Of a stretch of 64,000 nucleotides of DNA, positions 47,331 through 56,276 are shown piece after piece. Every line of letters begins with the position of its first letter. Position 1 is the first letter of the stretch. The position numbers were made by a program, and so were the translations under genes. The DNA is from Omnitrophica WOR_2 bacterium GWF2_43_52 (lineage in GTDB: Bacteria > Omnitrophota > Gorgyraeia > Gygaellales > UBA12090). Where the stretch lies: assembly GCA_001805445.1 (NCBI GenBank), contig MHGF01000003.1, forward strand, positions 120,429 through 184,428, read 5' to 3'. The notes under the pieces were generated by a model, which worked only from the letters and a program-made list of their open reading frames with translations, did not search any database and had not been told where the DNA came from.

Positions 47331-47899
47331 TCCTCAAGCGTATCGCAGGCAGCAGCGCGCTACTCTCATACCTTAGAAAGATTCAACATACGTACCTGCG
47401 GCTTGAAGATACCTGCGGGAAATTCTACCAAAACAGCCGCGTACATAAAGTATGCGCGCGTTTATGGCAGGGAACAAGAAAAAATCTTAAACATAGTTTC
47501 CTGGGAAAAATAACCGAACCAGGTAACTGCATCAGCCCCTCTGCATTTGAAGAGAGCAGAAGCGTCAAATGGATAGTTGGTAAATATAGATTCTGGACGC
47601 GGAAAATACAAAGCTATTTTTCCTCAAGCGCGCTCAAAGGCGCGATAGAAAACCTTAAACAAGATTTTTATGCTGCTCCTGTCATGACAGGAAGCATCGT
47701 TATTTTGATAGCTCTACTTACCAATATCTTCCTATCAATCCTATTCCATAGAGATATTAATTTCTGGGGATGGCTCATAAGAATAGTCTTTTTAGTGGTA
47801 AGCTTTGGCGGTTTATTTTGTAAAGCGGACTGGAAAAAAATCGAAAAAGGCAGTTTTATACTGCAGCGCATCAACAAAAAAACAGAGCAGGAGAGATAA
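47327..47899 (+). CDS. Hypothetical membrane protein
   Basis: ORF with 2 predicted TM helices near the C-terminus. ATGA overlap with the upstream gene. Confidence 0.3.
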   Translation: MILKRIAGSSALLSYLRKIQHTYLRLEDTCGKFYQNSRVHKVCARLWQGTRKNLKHSFLGKITEPGNCISPSAFEESRSVKWIVGKYRFWTRKIQSYFSSSALKGAIENLKQDFYAAPVMTGSIVILIALLTNIFLSILFHRDINFWGWLIRIVFLVVSFGGLFCKADWKKIEKGSFILQRINKKTEQER

Positions 47900-47902
47900 A
47901 CT

Positions 47903-48760
47903 ATGGTAACAAAAGCAAAAGCCTACGCGCTTATTGTCCCGCGCTTTGAAGATGTATTACATTCATTTTACGCCTCGGAAATTATCAAAGGAGTAAGCCT
48001 GGCAGCCAGCCATCTAAAGGCTGATGTGCTTATCCATATTACCGAACGCGCCCGCCATGAAGACTGGCTGAACTGGCCGGTGTTAAACTCATCGTATCTA
48101 GACGGTGTTTTATTCGCGGATATAGACAGCGATACAGCCACACTCAAGAAATTTATCGCCAAAGGTATCCCCTATCTAGTATTAAACAATGCCTTTGATG
48201 AGCCTATTAACAGTATCTCTATTGACAACGAAAAAGCCGCGGTTGAGGCAATGCAGTATCTGGTGAAATTAGGCCATAAGAAAATCGCGACCATTGCCGG
48301 GGACCTGCATACACAATCAGGGAAAGCAAGGCTTAAAGGATATAAAGAAGCATTAGCAAAGCATAAGCTACCGCTTAAAGATGAATATATCGGTGTAGGA
48401 GGCTTTTTGCGCACCCCGGCACGCGCTGCCGCGGAAAAGCTTCTCCACCTTCATCAGCGTCCGACGGCGATATTTGCCGCCTCTGACGTCATGGCATTAG
48501 AGTTAATTGATTTGGCAAGAAAAGAGGGACTATCTATCCCCCACGATATCTCTATCATCGGTTTTGACGATAATCCAATAGCACTCTATTCATCAATAGG
48601 GCTTACCACGGTACGCCAACCAATCGTGGAAATGGGACAGCTCGGCCTTGAAACCTTAGACCAGATTGCCCAAAGAAAAGTTAAACTGCCCGTAAAAAGC
48701 ACACTGCCGGCGAAATTGGTTTTACGTGAATCTTGTACTAAGCCTAAGAAGGAGAAATAA
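47903..48760 (+). CDS. LacI/PBP1-type sugar-binding domain protein lacking the N-terminal HTH
   Basis: Matches the LacI-family ligand-binding domain (...IGFDDNPIALYSSIGLTTVRQP...). The ORF begins directly at the core with a good RBS (GCAGGAGAGATAAACTATG) and no HTH. Confidence 0.6.
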   Translation: MVTKAKAYALIVPRFEDVLHSFYASEIIKGVSLAASHLKADVLIHITERARHEDWLNWPVLNSSYLDGVLFADIDSDTATLKKFIAKGIPYLVLNNAFDEPINSISIDNEKAAVEAMQYLVKLGHKKIATIAGDLHTQSGKARLKGYKEALAKHKLPLKDEYIGVGGFLRTPARAAAEKLLHLHQRPTAIFAASDVMALELIDLARKEGLSIPHDISIIGFDDNPIALYSSIGLTTVRQPIVEMGQLGLETLDQIAQRKVKLPVKSTLPAKLVLRESCTKPKKEK

Positions 48761-48765
48761 TTGAT

Positions 48766-48927
48766 GGGTCGATAGTCGATGGTCAATGGTCAATAGTGAA
48801 ATGAAAACTATAGGCTATCGGCCATAGACTATTGACCCGTACTATAAGGAGATTCAACCAGAATCCTGCGAGGCGAAGCCTCGTAAAGCTATAGACTATA
48901 GACTATAGACCATCGACTATTGACCCG
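48766..48927. repeat. Cluster of family C repeats (GGTCAATAG / ATAGACTATCGACC / CTATTGACCC units). Other copies lie at about 22212-22276, 25771-25830, 63096-63130 and 63491-63520.
   Basis: Read from the sequence. Units end in CTATTGACCCGCTATAAGG. The copies at 22.2 and 25.8 kb bracket dnaE; the copies at 63.1 and 63.5 kb bracket the four-helix-bundle gene in inverted orientation. Confidence 0.7.
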
Positions 48928-48946
48928 CTATAAGGAGCTTTTCCCT

Positions 48947-49480
48947 ATGACAACAAAGATTGGCCTTGCCAAATCTATCCGCAGCATTCCTGATTTTCCC
49001 AAACCCGGTATTTTATTCAGGGATATTACTACATTGATAAAGGATAAGAAGGCGTTTCATGCTTCAGTTGAGCTTATCGCTAAGAAATTCGCTAAAGAAA
49101 AGATTGATTATGTGGTAGGAGTAGAAGCAAGAGGCTTTATTTTCGGGGGAGCGCTGGCAACCCGCTTAAAGTGCGGTTTTATTCCAGTGCGTAAAAAGGG
49201 TAAACTCCCTTGGAAGACAAAGGGCATTACCTATAACCTGGAATACGGCACCGATACGCTCGAAATCCACGAAGATGCCCTCAAGCCAAAAGATAAGGTT
49301 TTGATTATTGATGACCTCCTTGCAACCGGCGGCACGGTAAGGGCAGTTGTGGATTTGGTAGAAACGCAAGGTGCAAAAATTATCGGGATTGCCTTTGTCA
49401 TTGAGCTCGTAGACTTAAAAGGAAGAGAAAAACTTAAAAAATACCCCATTATCTCTCTTGTGCAGTTTGAGGGGGAATAA
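48947..49480 (+). CDS. apt: Adenine phosphoribosyltransferase
   Basis: IPDFPKPGILFRDIT and the PRPP-binding motif VLIIDDLLATGGT. Start moved to Met-10 of the track ORF. Confidence 0.9.
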   Translation: MTTKIGLAKSIRSIPDFPKPGILFRDITTLIKDKKAFHASVELIAKKFAKEKIDYVVGVEARGFIFGGALATRLKCGFIPVRKKGKLPWKTKGITYNLEYGTDTLEIHEDALKPKDKVLIIDDLLATGGTVRAVVDLVETQGAKIIGIAFVIELVDLKGREKLKKYPIISLVQFEGE

Positions 49481-49612
49481 GAAACGAGGGACGATTTAGG
49501 CTTCTTTTGTCTGTCGTCAATCGTTTGCCTGCCCCGAGCAGCTTGTAGTGAACGAAGTCGAACCAAGCCGAGGGATCGTCCATCATAATCAGAATTTTAA
49601 TCGTAGAAATCG

Positions 49613-49685
49613 CCCCTGTAGCTCATAAGGATAGAGCAGTGGTTTCCTAAACCGCGTGGGCAAGTTCGATTCTTGCCAGGGGCAT
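49613..49685 (+). tRNA. tRNA-Arg (anticodon CCT)
   Basis: Manual cloverleaf fold: acceptor GCCCCTG/CAGGGGC, D-arm GCTC/GAGC, anticodon stem GTGGT/ACCGC with loop TTCCTAA (U33, CCT, A37), T-arm GCAAG-TTCGATT-CTTGC, discriminator A. CCA is not encoded. Coordinates +/-1. Confidence 0.8.
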
Positions 49686-49774
49686 TTTCACGATAGACGA
49701 AAGAAGAGGGACGAAGGACACATTTTTCGTCCCGCGTCCATCCTCCCTCGTCCATCGTAACCTGTTACTACACT

Positions 49775-50422
49775 ATGTATGACCTCCACATCCACTCCTT
49801 ACTAAGCGATGGGGCATTGTTAGCCTCGGAAATCGCCCGGCGCTATGAAGAAAAAGGCTATACGATAATCGCTATTACCGACCACTGCGACTACAGTAAT
49901 ATAAAAGCTGTAACTCAAGCTATCGTAGAATTCTGCGGCCAGTGGCCAAAGAAATCAGCGCTTACCGTCCTGCCCGGAGTAGAACTTACTCACCTGCCGC
50001 TTGAACAATTCCAGCCATTAGCAAGCTTTGCCCGTAAACAAGGAATAAAAATAATAGTTGGGCACGGAGAATCTCCGGTTGAACCGGTCATTAAAGGAAC
50101 AAACAAAGCCGCGCTGATGGCAGATATCAATATCCTGGCACATCCCGGAGCGATTACCAAGGAAGACGCCTTAGTAGCCAAAGAAAAAGGGATTTTCCTT
50201 GAATTAACCGCCCGGCGTGGCCACTCCCAAGGCAATACCCACGTAGCAGAAATAGCGCGAGCAACAGGCGCGAAGCTAGTAATCAATAACGACGCCCATA
50301 CGCCTGAAAACATAATTAGTGCCGCCGAATTAAGGAATGTGGGTGTACAGGCCGGTTTAAGCGAATCAGAAATCAATAGGCTTTACACGGCAGAAAAAGA
50401 GTTTTTGGAAAACATATTGTAA
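49775..50422 (+). CDS. PHP-domain metal-dependent phosphoesterase
   Basis: MYDLHIHSLLSDG...ITDHCDY PHP motifs. Confidence 0.7.
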   Translation: MYDLHIHSLLSDGALLASEIARRYEEKGYTIIAITDHCDYSNIKAVTQAIVEFCGQWPKKSALTVLPGVELTHLPLEQFQPLASFARKQGIKIIVGHGESPVEPVIKGTNKAALMADINILAHPGAITKEDALVAKEKGIFLELTARRGHSQGNTHVAEIARATGAKLVINNDAHTPENIISAAELRNVGVQAGLSESEINRLYTAEKEFLENIL

Positions 50423-50489
50423 CTTCACTCTTTAAAATTCCCACTCCCTGACGGGGAGAGGGTTAGGGTGAGGGGAAAAGGAGCCCTCT

Positions 50490-50972
50490 ATGCGCAAAAA
50501 CCACACTATCTTTTCTCATCTTTTCGTCCTTCGTCTTTCATCCTTCGTCCTTCTTTCTCTGATAACCGGCTGCACTACAACCTACTCCAGGAAATCAGAC
50601 CCTACGCAAATGCCGGCACTGGAGCCGGCGGCGTTATTAAAATTCCAGGATATTCCTATACCCTCAGGCTTTGCCTTCAGCCCTGATGAGTCCTACGCCT
50701 TTCAGAGCACCAATTTCCGTGCCGGGATTATTACCTATAAAGGAAGGGCAACAGGAGATCAGGTAGTGGCTTTCTTTAAAGAACAGATGCCAATGTATAA
50801 TTGGCATCTGCTCAATATTGTTGAGCACAGCCTGCGTATGCTCAGCTTTGAGAAAGAACAGGAAACCTGCGTAATCACGGTTGATGAAAAAGGAAATAAA
50901 TCCAAAATAACCCTTTCCATTGCCCCAAAATCACAAGGACTAAACCGCAAGATAGACAAGCCCTTTAAGTAA
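50490..50972 (+). CDS. Hypothetical lipoprotein
   Basis: Signal peptide with lipobox LITGC. No recognisable family. Confidence 0.5.
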   Translation: MRKNHTIFSHLFVLRLSSFVLLSLITGCTTTYSRKSDPTQMPALEPAALLKFQDIPIPSGFAFSPDESYAFQSTNFRAGIITYKGRATGDQVVAFFKEQMPMYNWHLLNIVEHSLRMLSFEKEQETCVITVDEKGNKSKITLSIAPKSQGLNRKIDKPFK

Positions 50973-50984
50973 GTGATTCCTCCT

Positions 50985-51340
50985 AAATAGGGCTCCAGCC
51001 TCTACAGCATGGCTTAGCAGAAAGTAATAAGGCTCAGCCTTGGAAAGTTATTTTTACATTCTTAAGGCTGAGCCTTGACATGAAGGACTACTTCCTTAAT
51101 AAGGCTCCAACCTCTGTAGCATGGCTTAGTAGAGAGTAATAAAGGCTCAGCCTTGGAAAGTTATTTTTACATTCTTAAGGCTGAGCCTTGACAGTATGGC
51201 CTTGATAGAATTACCTCCTTAATAAAGCTCCAGCCTCTGTAGCATGGCTTAGTAGAGAGTAATAAAGGCGCAGCCTTGGAAGGTTATTTTTACATTCTTA
51301 AGGCTGGGCCTTGACAGTATGCCCTTGATAGATTAGTTAC
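50985..51340. repeat. Three tandem copies of an about 120-bp repeat. Each unit contains a perfect 13-bp inverted repeat, AAGGCTCAGCCTT ...22 nt... AAGGCTGAGCCTT.
   Basis: Read directly from the sequence. Unit consensus: TCCTTAATAAGGCTCCAGCCTCTGTAGCATGGCTTAGTAGAGAGTAATAAAGGCTCAGCCTTGGAAAGTTATTTTTACATTCTTAAGGCTGAGCCTTGACAGTATGGCCTTGATAGA. Confidence 0.85.
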
Positions 51341-51648
51341 GAAGGACGCCGGTATTAAATTACAACTTGCAATTTTACAAAATTACAAATTTGTAAAATT
51401 TTCACTTGACAAATGTTCCGGCCTATGATAAAAAGATAACAACTATAGTATTAGGGATAGCTACAATCTGAAGCTGAGAGGAGGATGATACTAAAAGCGC
51501 TTGATAACTATCTGAAGTCTAATGTTATAGAGGAAAAGGCAGTTTAGAAATTCCCCGCTAAGGCAAAAAATAAGCCTTACGTGCAAATACACAAAAACAA
51601 GAACACATGAGTCCTAATACAATAAACCTAACTAAAGGAGGTAAACAA

Positions 51649-53208
51649 ATGGCTAGACGTTTAAGCGCATTGTTATGCTTAGTCGCCGCAATTAGCTTTG
51701 TGGTAACCCCGGCATTTGCCGCGGTACAGAATGTGAAAGTAAGTGGTGATATCGGTGTAAGCGCAGTTTCACGTAATAACTTAGATCTGGATAAGACAAG
51801 ATCCCTTCATGTGGTAGATGATACAGATTCCAGGAATGACAAACAGGATGATTTTCTATCTATTACCAGGGTAAAGGTAGATGCAGACCTTACTGATAAT
51901 GTTTCAACAAGCGTAAGATTAATTAATGAGAGAAATTGGAACAGAAATGCTGTAAGCGCTGCTGCTGCTGATATAGGAGCCAATAGGAATATTGGTTTAA
52001 ATACTACAGACGAAGCAGAGAATGATAATGATATTGATATAGATTTAGCATCTGTTACCTTAAGAGAATTTTTATACTCACCTCTCACACTGACTGTAGG
52101 ACGTCAGGAGTTACGTTTTGGTAATGGCTGGATTATAGGAGATCCTGATACCAATGGATTAGCCTTAGAATCAGATTTATCAGAGGGCGATTTGAGTATG
52201 CGCAAAGCATTTGATGCCATCCGCGCCAAATTAGATTATAATCCCTTAGTTCTGGATTTAATCTATGCTAAAGTTGTAGAAAATAATACCTCATTAAATG
52301 ATGATACCACTTTGTATGGTATCAATGCGGCATACGAATTAAACCCTGAAACTACTATAGAGGGTTTTTATTTTGCTAAGAAAAGGTCAATCACAGACTC
52401 AGCAGCAGGAACCAGCACCGGCGCAACAAATGTGGACAATGGCTTACCCACTAACTTTGATGCCATAACTGCCGTTGGAGCTACTGGAGTTAAACAAAAA
52501 GATGACGTGGTCAACACAGTAGGTGTCCGCGCTGTAAATAAAAGCGTAAAGAATCTTACCTTGGATGGACAGGTTGCCTATCAGTTTGGAACCTACAATC
52601 CAAAGCTCGACCCCAATGCAAGATTCATCAGCGCGACAAATAAAGCCCTTACAACTCAGAGAAGCGCATGGGGCGCGGAAGTTGTAGCAGTTTACGATTT
52701 AAAAGATGTAATTGCTACATGGGAACCAAGCCTCACCGGAGCCTATGTATTTTTATCCGGCGCTAATAGAGATAGAACAGGTGAACAAACCTACAAAGGA
52801 TGGGATTCCATGTTTGAAGACCAGACTTTTGGCCATCTCATTAATGCCGTATTAGGTTTTTCCAATACGCATTTACTCGGAGTTTCCCTGAAAGCCAAAC
52901 CAGCAACTGACGTAACCGCGAAATTAGATTACGTTACCGGCTGGTTTGTCAAGAAATTCGTGGAAGGAAGACAAGCAAACCTTTCAGGAGTAAGCGGCGC
53001 ACAACAGTTCACAATGAGCAATAAGGCGAACTACGCTCATGAACTTGATGCAACTGTTCTGTATGACTATACAGAAGATGTCCAATTCTCTCTGTTAGGT
53101 GGAATATTGTTTGGAACAGATGCAATAAATGGTAATGAAAGCGTTTATCCCTACAGACAGCAAGCCAACGCTGTAGAGTTAATTGGTTCTATGAAGGTAG
53201 TATTCTAA
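51649..53208 (+). CDS. Outer-membrane beta-barrel (porin-like) protein
   Basis: Signal peptide MARRLSALLCLVAAISFVVTPAFA and alternating amphipathic strands. C-terminal ...MKVVF (terminal Phe, as in OMPs). Start moved to Met-15 behind an AAAGGAGG RBS. Confidence 0.6.
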   Translation: MARRLSALLCLVAAISFVVTPAFAAVQNVKVSGDIGVSAVSRNNLDLDKTRSLHVVDDTDSRNDKQDDFLSITRVKVDADLTDNVSTSVRLINERNWNRNAVSAAAADIGANRNIGLNTTDEAENDNDIDIDLASVTLREFLYSPLTLTVGRQELRFGNGWIIGDPDTNGLALESDLSEGDLSMRKAFDAIRAKLDYNPLVLDLIYAKVVENNTSLNDDTTLYGINAAYELNPETTIEGFYFAKKRSITDSAAGTSTGATNVDNGLPTNFDAITAVGATGVKQKDDVVNTVGVRAVNKSVKNLTLDGQVAYQFGTYNPKLDPNARFISATNKALTTQRSAWGAEVVAVYDLKDVIATWEPSLTGAYVFLSGANRDRTGEQTYKGWDSMFEDQTFGHLINAVLGFSNTHLLGVSLKAKPATDVTAKLDYVTGWFVKKFVEGRQANLSGVSGAQQFTMSNKANYAHELDATVLYDYTEDVQFSLLGGILFGTDAINGNESVYPYRQQANAVELIGSMKVVF

Positions 53209-53228
53209 TAGCTTCAAATCTACCATAA

Positions 53229-53266
53229 AAAACCCTCAGGGGAGCAATCCCTTGAGGGTTTTTTAG
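53229..53266 (+). terminator. Rho-independent terminator after the OMP gene
   Basis: AACCCTCAGGGG-AGCAATC-CCCTTGAGGGTT followed by TTTTTT. Confidence 0.75.
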
Positions 53267-53274
53267 TATCCTCC

Positions 53275-53332
53275 TTTCCGGAGGCTCCGCCTCCGGTTAT
53301 TGGAGACGATCGGAGGCGGAGCCTCCGGAAAA
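53275..53332. repeat. Pair of REP-like hairpin elements in inverted orientation (TTTCCGGAGGCTCCGCCTCCGG / CGGAGGCGGAGCCTCCGGAAA) just upstream of the RAYT gene. Two more copies lie inside the gene at about 53505-53522 and 54017-54035.
   Basis: Perfect 21-nt inverted repeat read from the sequence. Each copy is itself a 7-bp-stem hairpin (CCGGAGG-CGGAG-CCTCCGG). Confidence 0.8.
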
Positions 53333-53335
53333 GAA

Positions 53336-54049
53336 ATGAGAAAAACAACCTTCGCAACAGACTGTTATTATCATATATATAACCGCGGAGTTGAAAAAAG
53401 AGTAATATTCCAAGGAAATAAGGATTATAAGCGTTTCCTTTTAGGATTAGAAGAATTTAACACCTCGCTCCCGACAGAAATTAGAAGTATCCAACTCCCC
53501 AAAACGGAGGCGGAGCCTCCGGAAAAATTAGTTGAAATTGTATGTTTTTGCTTAATGCCTAATCACTATCACTTAATAATAAAACAAACTGTCAGTAACG
53601 GTATTACTCAGTTTATGCATAAATTGGGCACGGGCTACGCAATGTATTTTAATAAAAAGTGGAAAAGAAGCGGAATATTATTTGAGGGCAATTTCAAAGC
53701 TAAGCTTATAGAAACTGACGAATATCTTCTGCATTTATCAAGATATATCCATCTTAACCCTGTAGATATGATAAATTCCCACTGGAAAGAAGATGGAATC
53801 AAAGATACTAATAGAGTTAAAAAATTTCTTTTAGGCTACTACTGGTCAAGTTATCCGATATACATTAAAAAACTTACTTCTCACCTTATTTCCACTGAAC
53901 AAATAGAGAAAATAATTACAAACGTACCTAATTACGAACACTTTACCTTAAGTTACACCTCGAAGGATATAGCTACCTTAATGCCTTTAACATTAGAAAC
54001 TCCTGTTCCCGTCCACCCGGAGGCGGAGCCTCCGGAGGATGACCTATGA
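53336..54049 (+). mobile_element. REP-associated tyrosine transposase (RAYT / IS200-like Y1 HUH transposase, COG1943 type)
   Basis: YHIYNRG motif, HUH motif MPNHYHLII, and catalytic-Tyr region LSRYIHLNPV. Flanked by and containing cognate REP-like hairpins. ATGA overlap with the downstream GH57 gene. Confidence 0.7.
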
Positions 54050-55596
54050 TCTATCTTGCTTTTGTCTGGCATATGCACCAGCCGTATTACCGTGACCTTA
54101 TCACGGGGCAATTGCACCTGCCTTGGGTGCGCCTGCACGGTATCAAGGATTACCTAGATATGGTCAAAATCCTTGAGCATTACCCGAAAATCCGCCAAAC
54201 CTTTAACCTCGTGCCTTCACTAATCGAACAAATCCAAGCCTATTGTGACGGCGCGCAGGATACCTATCAGATACTGAGCTACAAAAAAGCTTCCGACTTA
54301 ACTCACGATGAAAAACATTTTATCAAAGACCACTTTTTCTCAGCGCACCCGGATAATATTATCGCCGTAAGCCCACGGTATCATCACTTATACCTCCAGA
54401 AAGCATCTCATAAAGACTTTAGCCAGCAGGATTACCTCGATCTCCAGACCTGGTTTAACTTAGCCTGGTTTGACCCCTACTGCAAGAAAAACAACCCGGA
54501 ATTAAGAAAAATAATCGCAAAGGCAAGGCATTTTAGCGAAGAAGACAAGCTCATCGTCTTACACGAACAGATAGAAACGTTAAAAGAAATTATCCCTACC
54601 TATAAAGAATTTCAGGAAAAGGGGCAGATTGAGGTTACGACAACTCCGTATTATCATCCCATAACTCCGCTTTTGTATAATACAAATATTGCCAAAGAAG
54701 CTAACCGCTCAACAAGCCTGCCTGGAGTAAACTTCAGCTACCCTGAAGACGCGCGCGCTCAGATACAGCAGGCTGTCGCACTCTATACCAAGGCTTTTGG
54801 AAGGCCGCCGGAGGGGATGTGGCCGTCTGAGGAGGCAGTGAGCGAGCACATCATCCCATTCTTTATAGAATCGGGAATCAAATGGATCGTAGCGGATGAA
54901 GAAATACTTTTTAGATCGCTTAAGAAAAAGCGCTCTGCCGAGCTTCTCTATAAAGCGCATACTTTAAAGCGTAAAGACGGAAACCTGGCTGGCTTATTCC
55001 GTGACCGCAATCTTTCCGATTTAATCGGTTTCATGTATCATAAAATGACAGAGCATGCCGCGGTTGCTGACTTTATCGGACATCTCCATACTATCGCGAA
55101 AGCCTTTAAGGAAAAGGACTGCTTAATAACTATTGCCATGGACGGGGAAAATGCCTGGGAATACTACCGCAATGACGGATGGGATTTCCTCTCACATCTC
55201 TATAAATGCTTAAGCGAGGATAAACTTATTCAAACCGTAACAGTGAGCGAGTACCTGACAAAGTTTCCTCCAGATTCAAATATAGCGCGTATCAGCGCGG
55301 GCTCATGGATTTACGGTAATTTCAATAAGTGGATGGGCCAGGAGCAAAAGAATAAAGCCTGGGAATACCTGGCTTTAGCCCGCAAGGAATTGGAGCCCTC
55401 AGCTTTTGACTCTCAGCTTTCCGCGGAAAATTTGGAAATGGCATGGAAACAAATCTACATCTGCGAAGGCAGCGACTGGTTTTGGTGGTACGGCGACAAT
55501 AACGATGATTTCGACCGCCTCTATCGAAAACACCTCTCAAATTTTTATACCTTCCTAGGAAAAAAAATTCCAGAATATTTGACAAAACCTATATAG
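54046..55596 (+). CDS. Glycoside hydrolase family 57 protein (alpha-glucan branching/processing enzyme type)
   Basis: N-terminus MIYLAFVWHMHQPYYRD is the GH57 signature. About 516 aa, a typical length for GH57 branching enzymes. Confidence 0.8.
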   Translation: MIYLAFVWHMHQPYYRDLITGQLHLPWVRLHGIKDYLDMVKILEHYPKIRQTFNLVPSLIEQIQAYCDGAQDTYQILSYKKASDLTHDEKHFIKDHFFSAHPDNIIAVSPRYHHLYLQKASHKDFSQQDYLDLQTWFNLAWFDPYCKKNNPELRKIIAKARHFSEEDKLIVLHEQIETLKEIIPTYKEFQEKGQIEVTTTPYYHPITPLLYNTNIAKEANRSTSLPGVNFSYPEDARAQIQQAVALYTKAFGRPPEGMWPSEEAVSEHIIPFFIESGIKWIVADEEILFRSLKKKRSAELLYKAHTLKRKDGNLAGLFRDRNLSDLIGFMYHKMTEHAAVADFIGHLHTIAKAFKEKDCLITIAMDGENAWEYYRNDGWDFLSHLYKCLSEDKLIQTVTVSEYLTKFPPDSNIARISAGSWIYGNFNKWMGQEQKNKAWEYLALARKELEPSAFDSQLSAENLEMAWKQIYICEGSDWFWWYGDNNDDFDRLYRKHLSNFYTFLGKKIPEYLTKPI

Positions 55597-55678
55597 TGTG
55601 TATAATATAAAAATATACACAATATTTTGCGTCTGAACACAAGAAAAACATTGACAAAAGAAAGTTTTCTGCTATAAA

Positions 55679-56263
55679 ATGGAAAAGAAGGAAGTATACG
55701 ATTATTTAGCAAAAATATATTTGGATAAGCAGCCTGCCGCGAAGATAGTAAGGAAGGCGCCTGAACCAAGTAAAAAATATATAACGTTCATTCTCATAGC
55801 GCTCGGTATCGCGATCGTCAGCGCGGGAGCCTTTCTAAAATACCAGATACGCTTTTTTAAGCCTAAGGCATTTGGCCTTTATGTGGCAACCGGCAGCGAG
55901 CTCATCAAACTCAAGTACAACTTTAACAACTCAAGCACTAAAAAAGAAGGCTATAGTGTTACCTTATCGGACATCAACGCGCAGGATTACCAACACCTAC
56001 AATTTCAGGCACGTTCGCTTACCGACGACCCGGGAATAAAGATACGAGTAGAGGTTGAGAATAATCTAAAAGAGAATGCCTTTAGCTACATTGATGGAGT
56101 AAGCGGCGCGTGGAAGGAATTCACCCTGAAGTTAAGCGATTTTAAGGGATTAACGCGCTGGGATAACGTAAACAAAATATCGTTTATCATTGAGGAATGG
56201 AACGTTGTGGGAAAGGAAAATAGTGTTTTCATAGACGAGATAAGGCTAATCAAAAAAAAGTAG
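55679..56263 (+). CDS. Hypothetical type-II membrane protein with an extracytoplasmic beta-sandwich (CBM-like) domain
   Basis: Cytoplasmic N-terminus, one TM helix (ITFILIALGIAIVSAGAFL), then a domain ending ...WNVVGKENSVFIDEIRLIKKK (CBM-like pattern). The family assignment is tentative. Confidence 0.4.
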   Translation: MEKKEVYDYLAKIYLDKQPAAKIVRKAPEPSKKYITFILIALGIAIVSAGAFLKYQIRFFKPKAFGLYVATGSELIKLKYNFNNSSTKKEGYSVTLSDINAQDYQHLQFQARSLTDDPGIKIRVEVENNLKENAFSYIDGVSGAWKEFTLKLSDFKGLTRWDNVNKISFIIEEWNVVGKENSVFIDEIRLIKKK

Positions 56264-56276
56264 GAGGGAAAACTAT

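Noticed and set aside
50985-51340. Possible CRISPR array, because of regular repeats with internal palindromes
   Set aside because: Units are about 120 bp and directly abut one another with no unique spacers. No cas genes are present. It was called a tandem repeat instead.
55640-55680. TTGACA-16-TATAAA promoter abutting the ATG of the CBM-like membrane protein (leaderless transcript)
   Set aside because: The -10 box ends only about 2 nt before the ATG, which does not fit the usual -10-to-TSS spacing. It may be a promoter with the real start codon further downstream, or a chance match.
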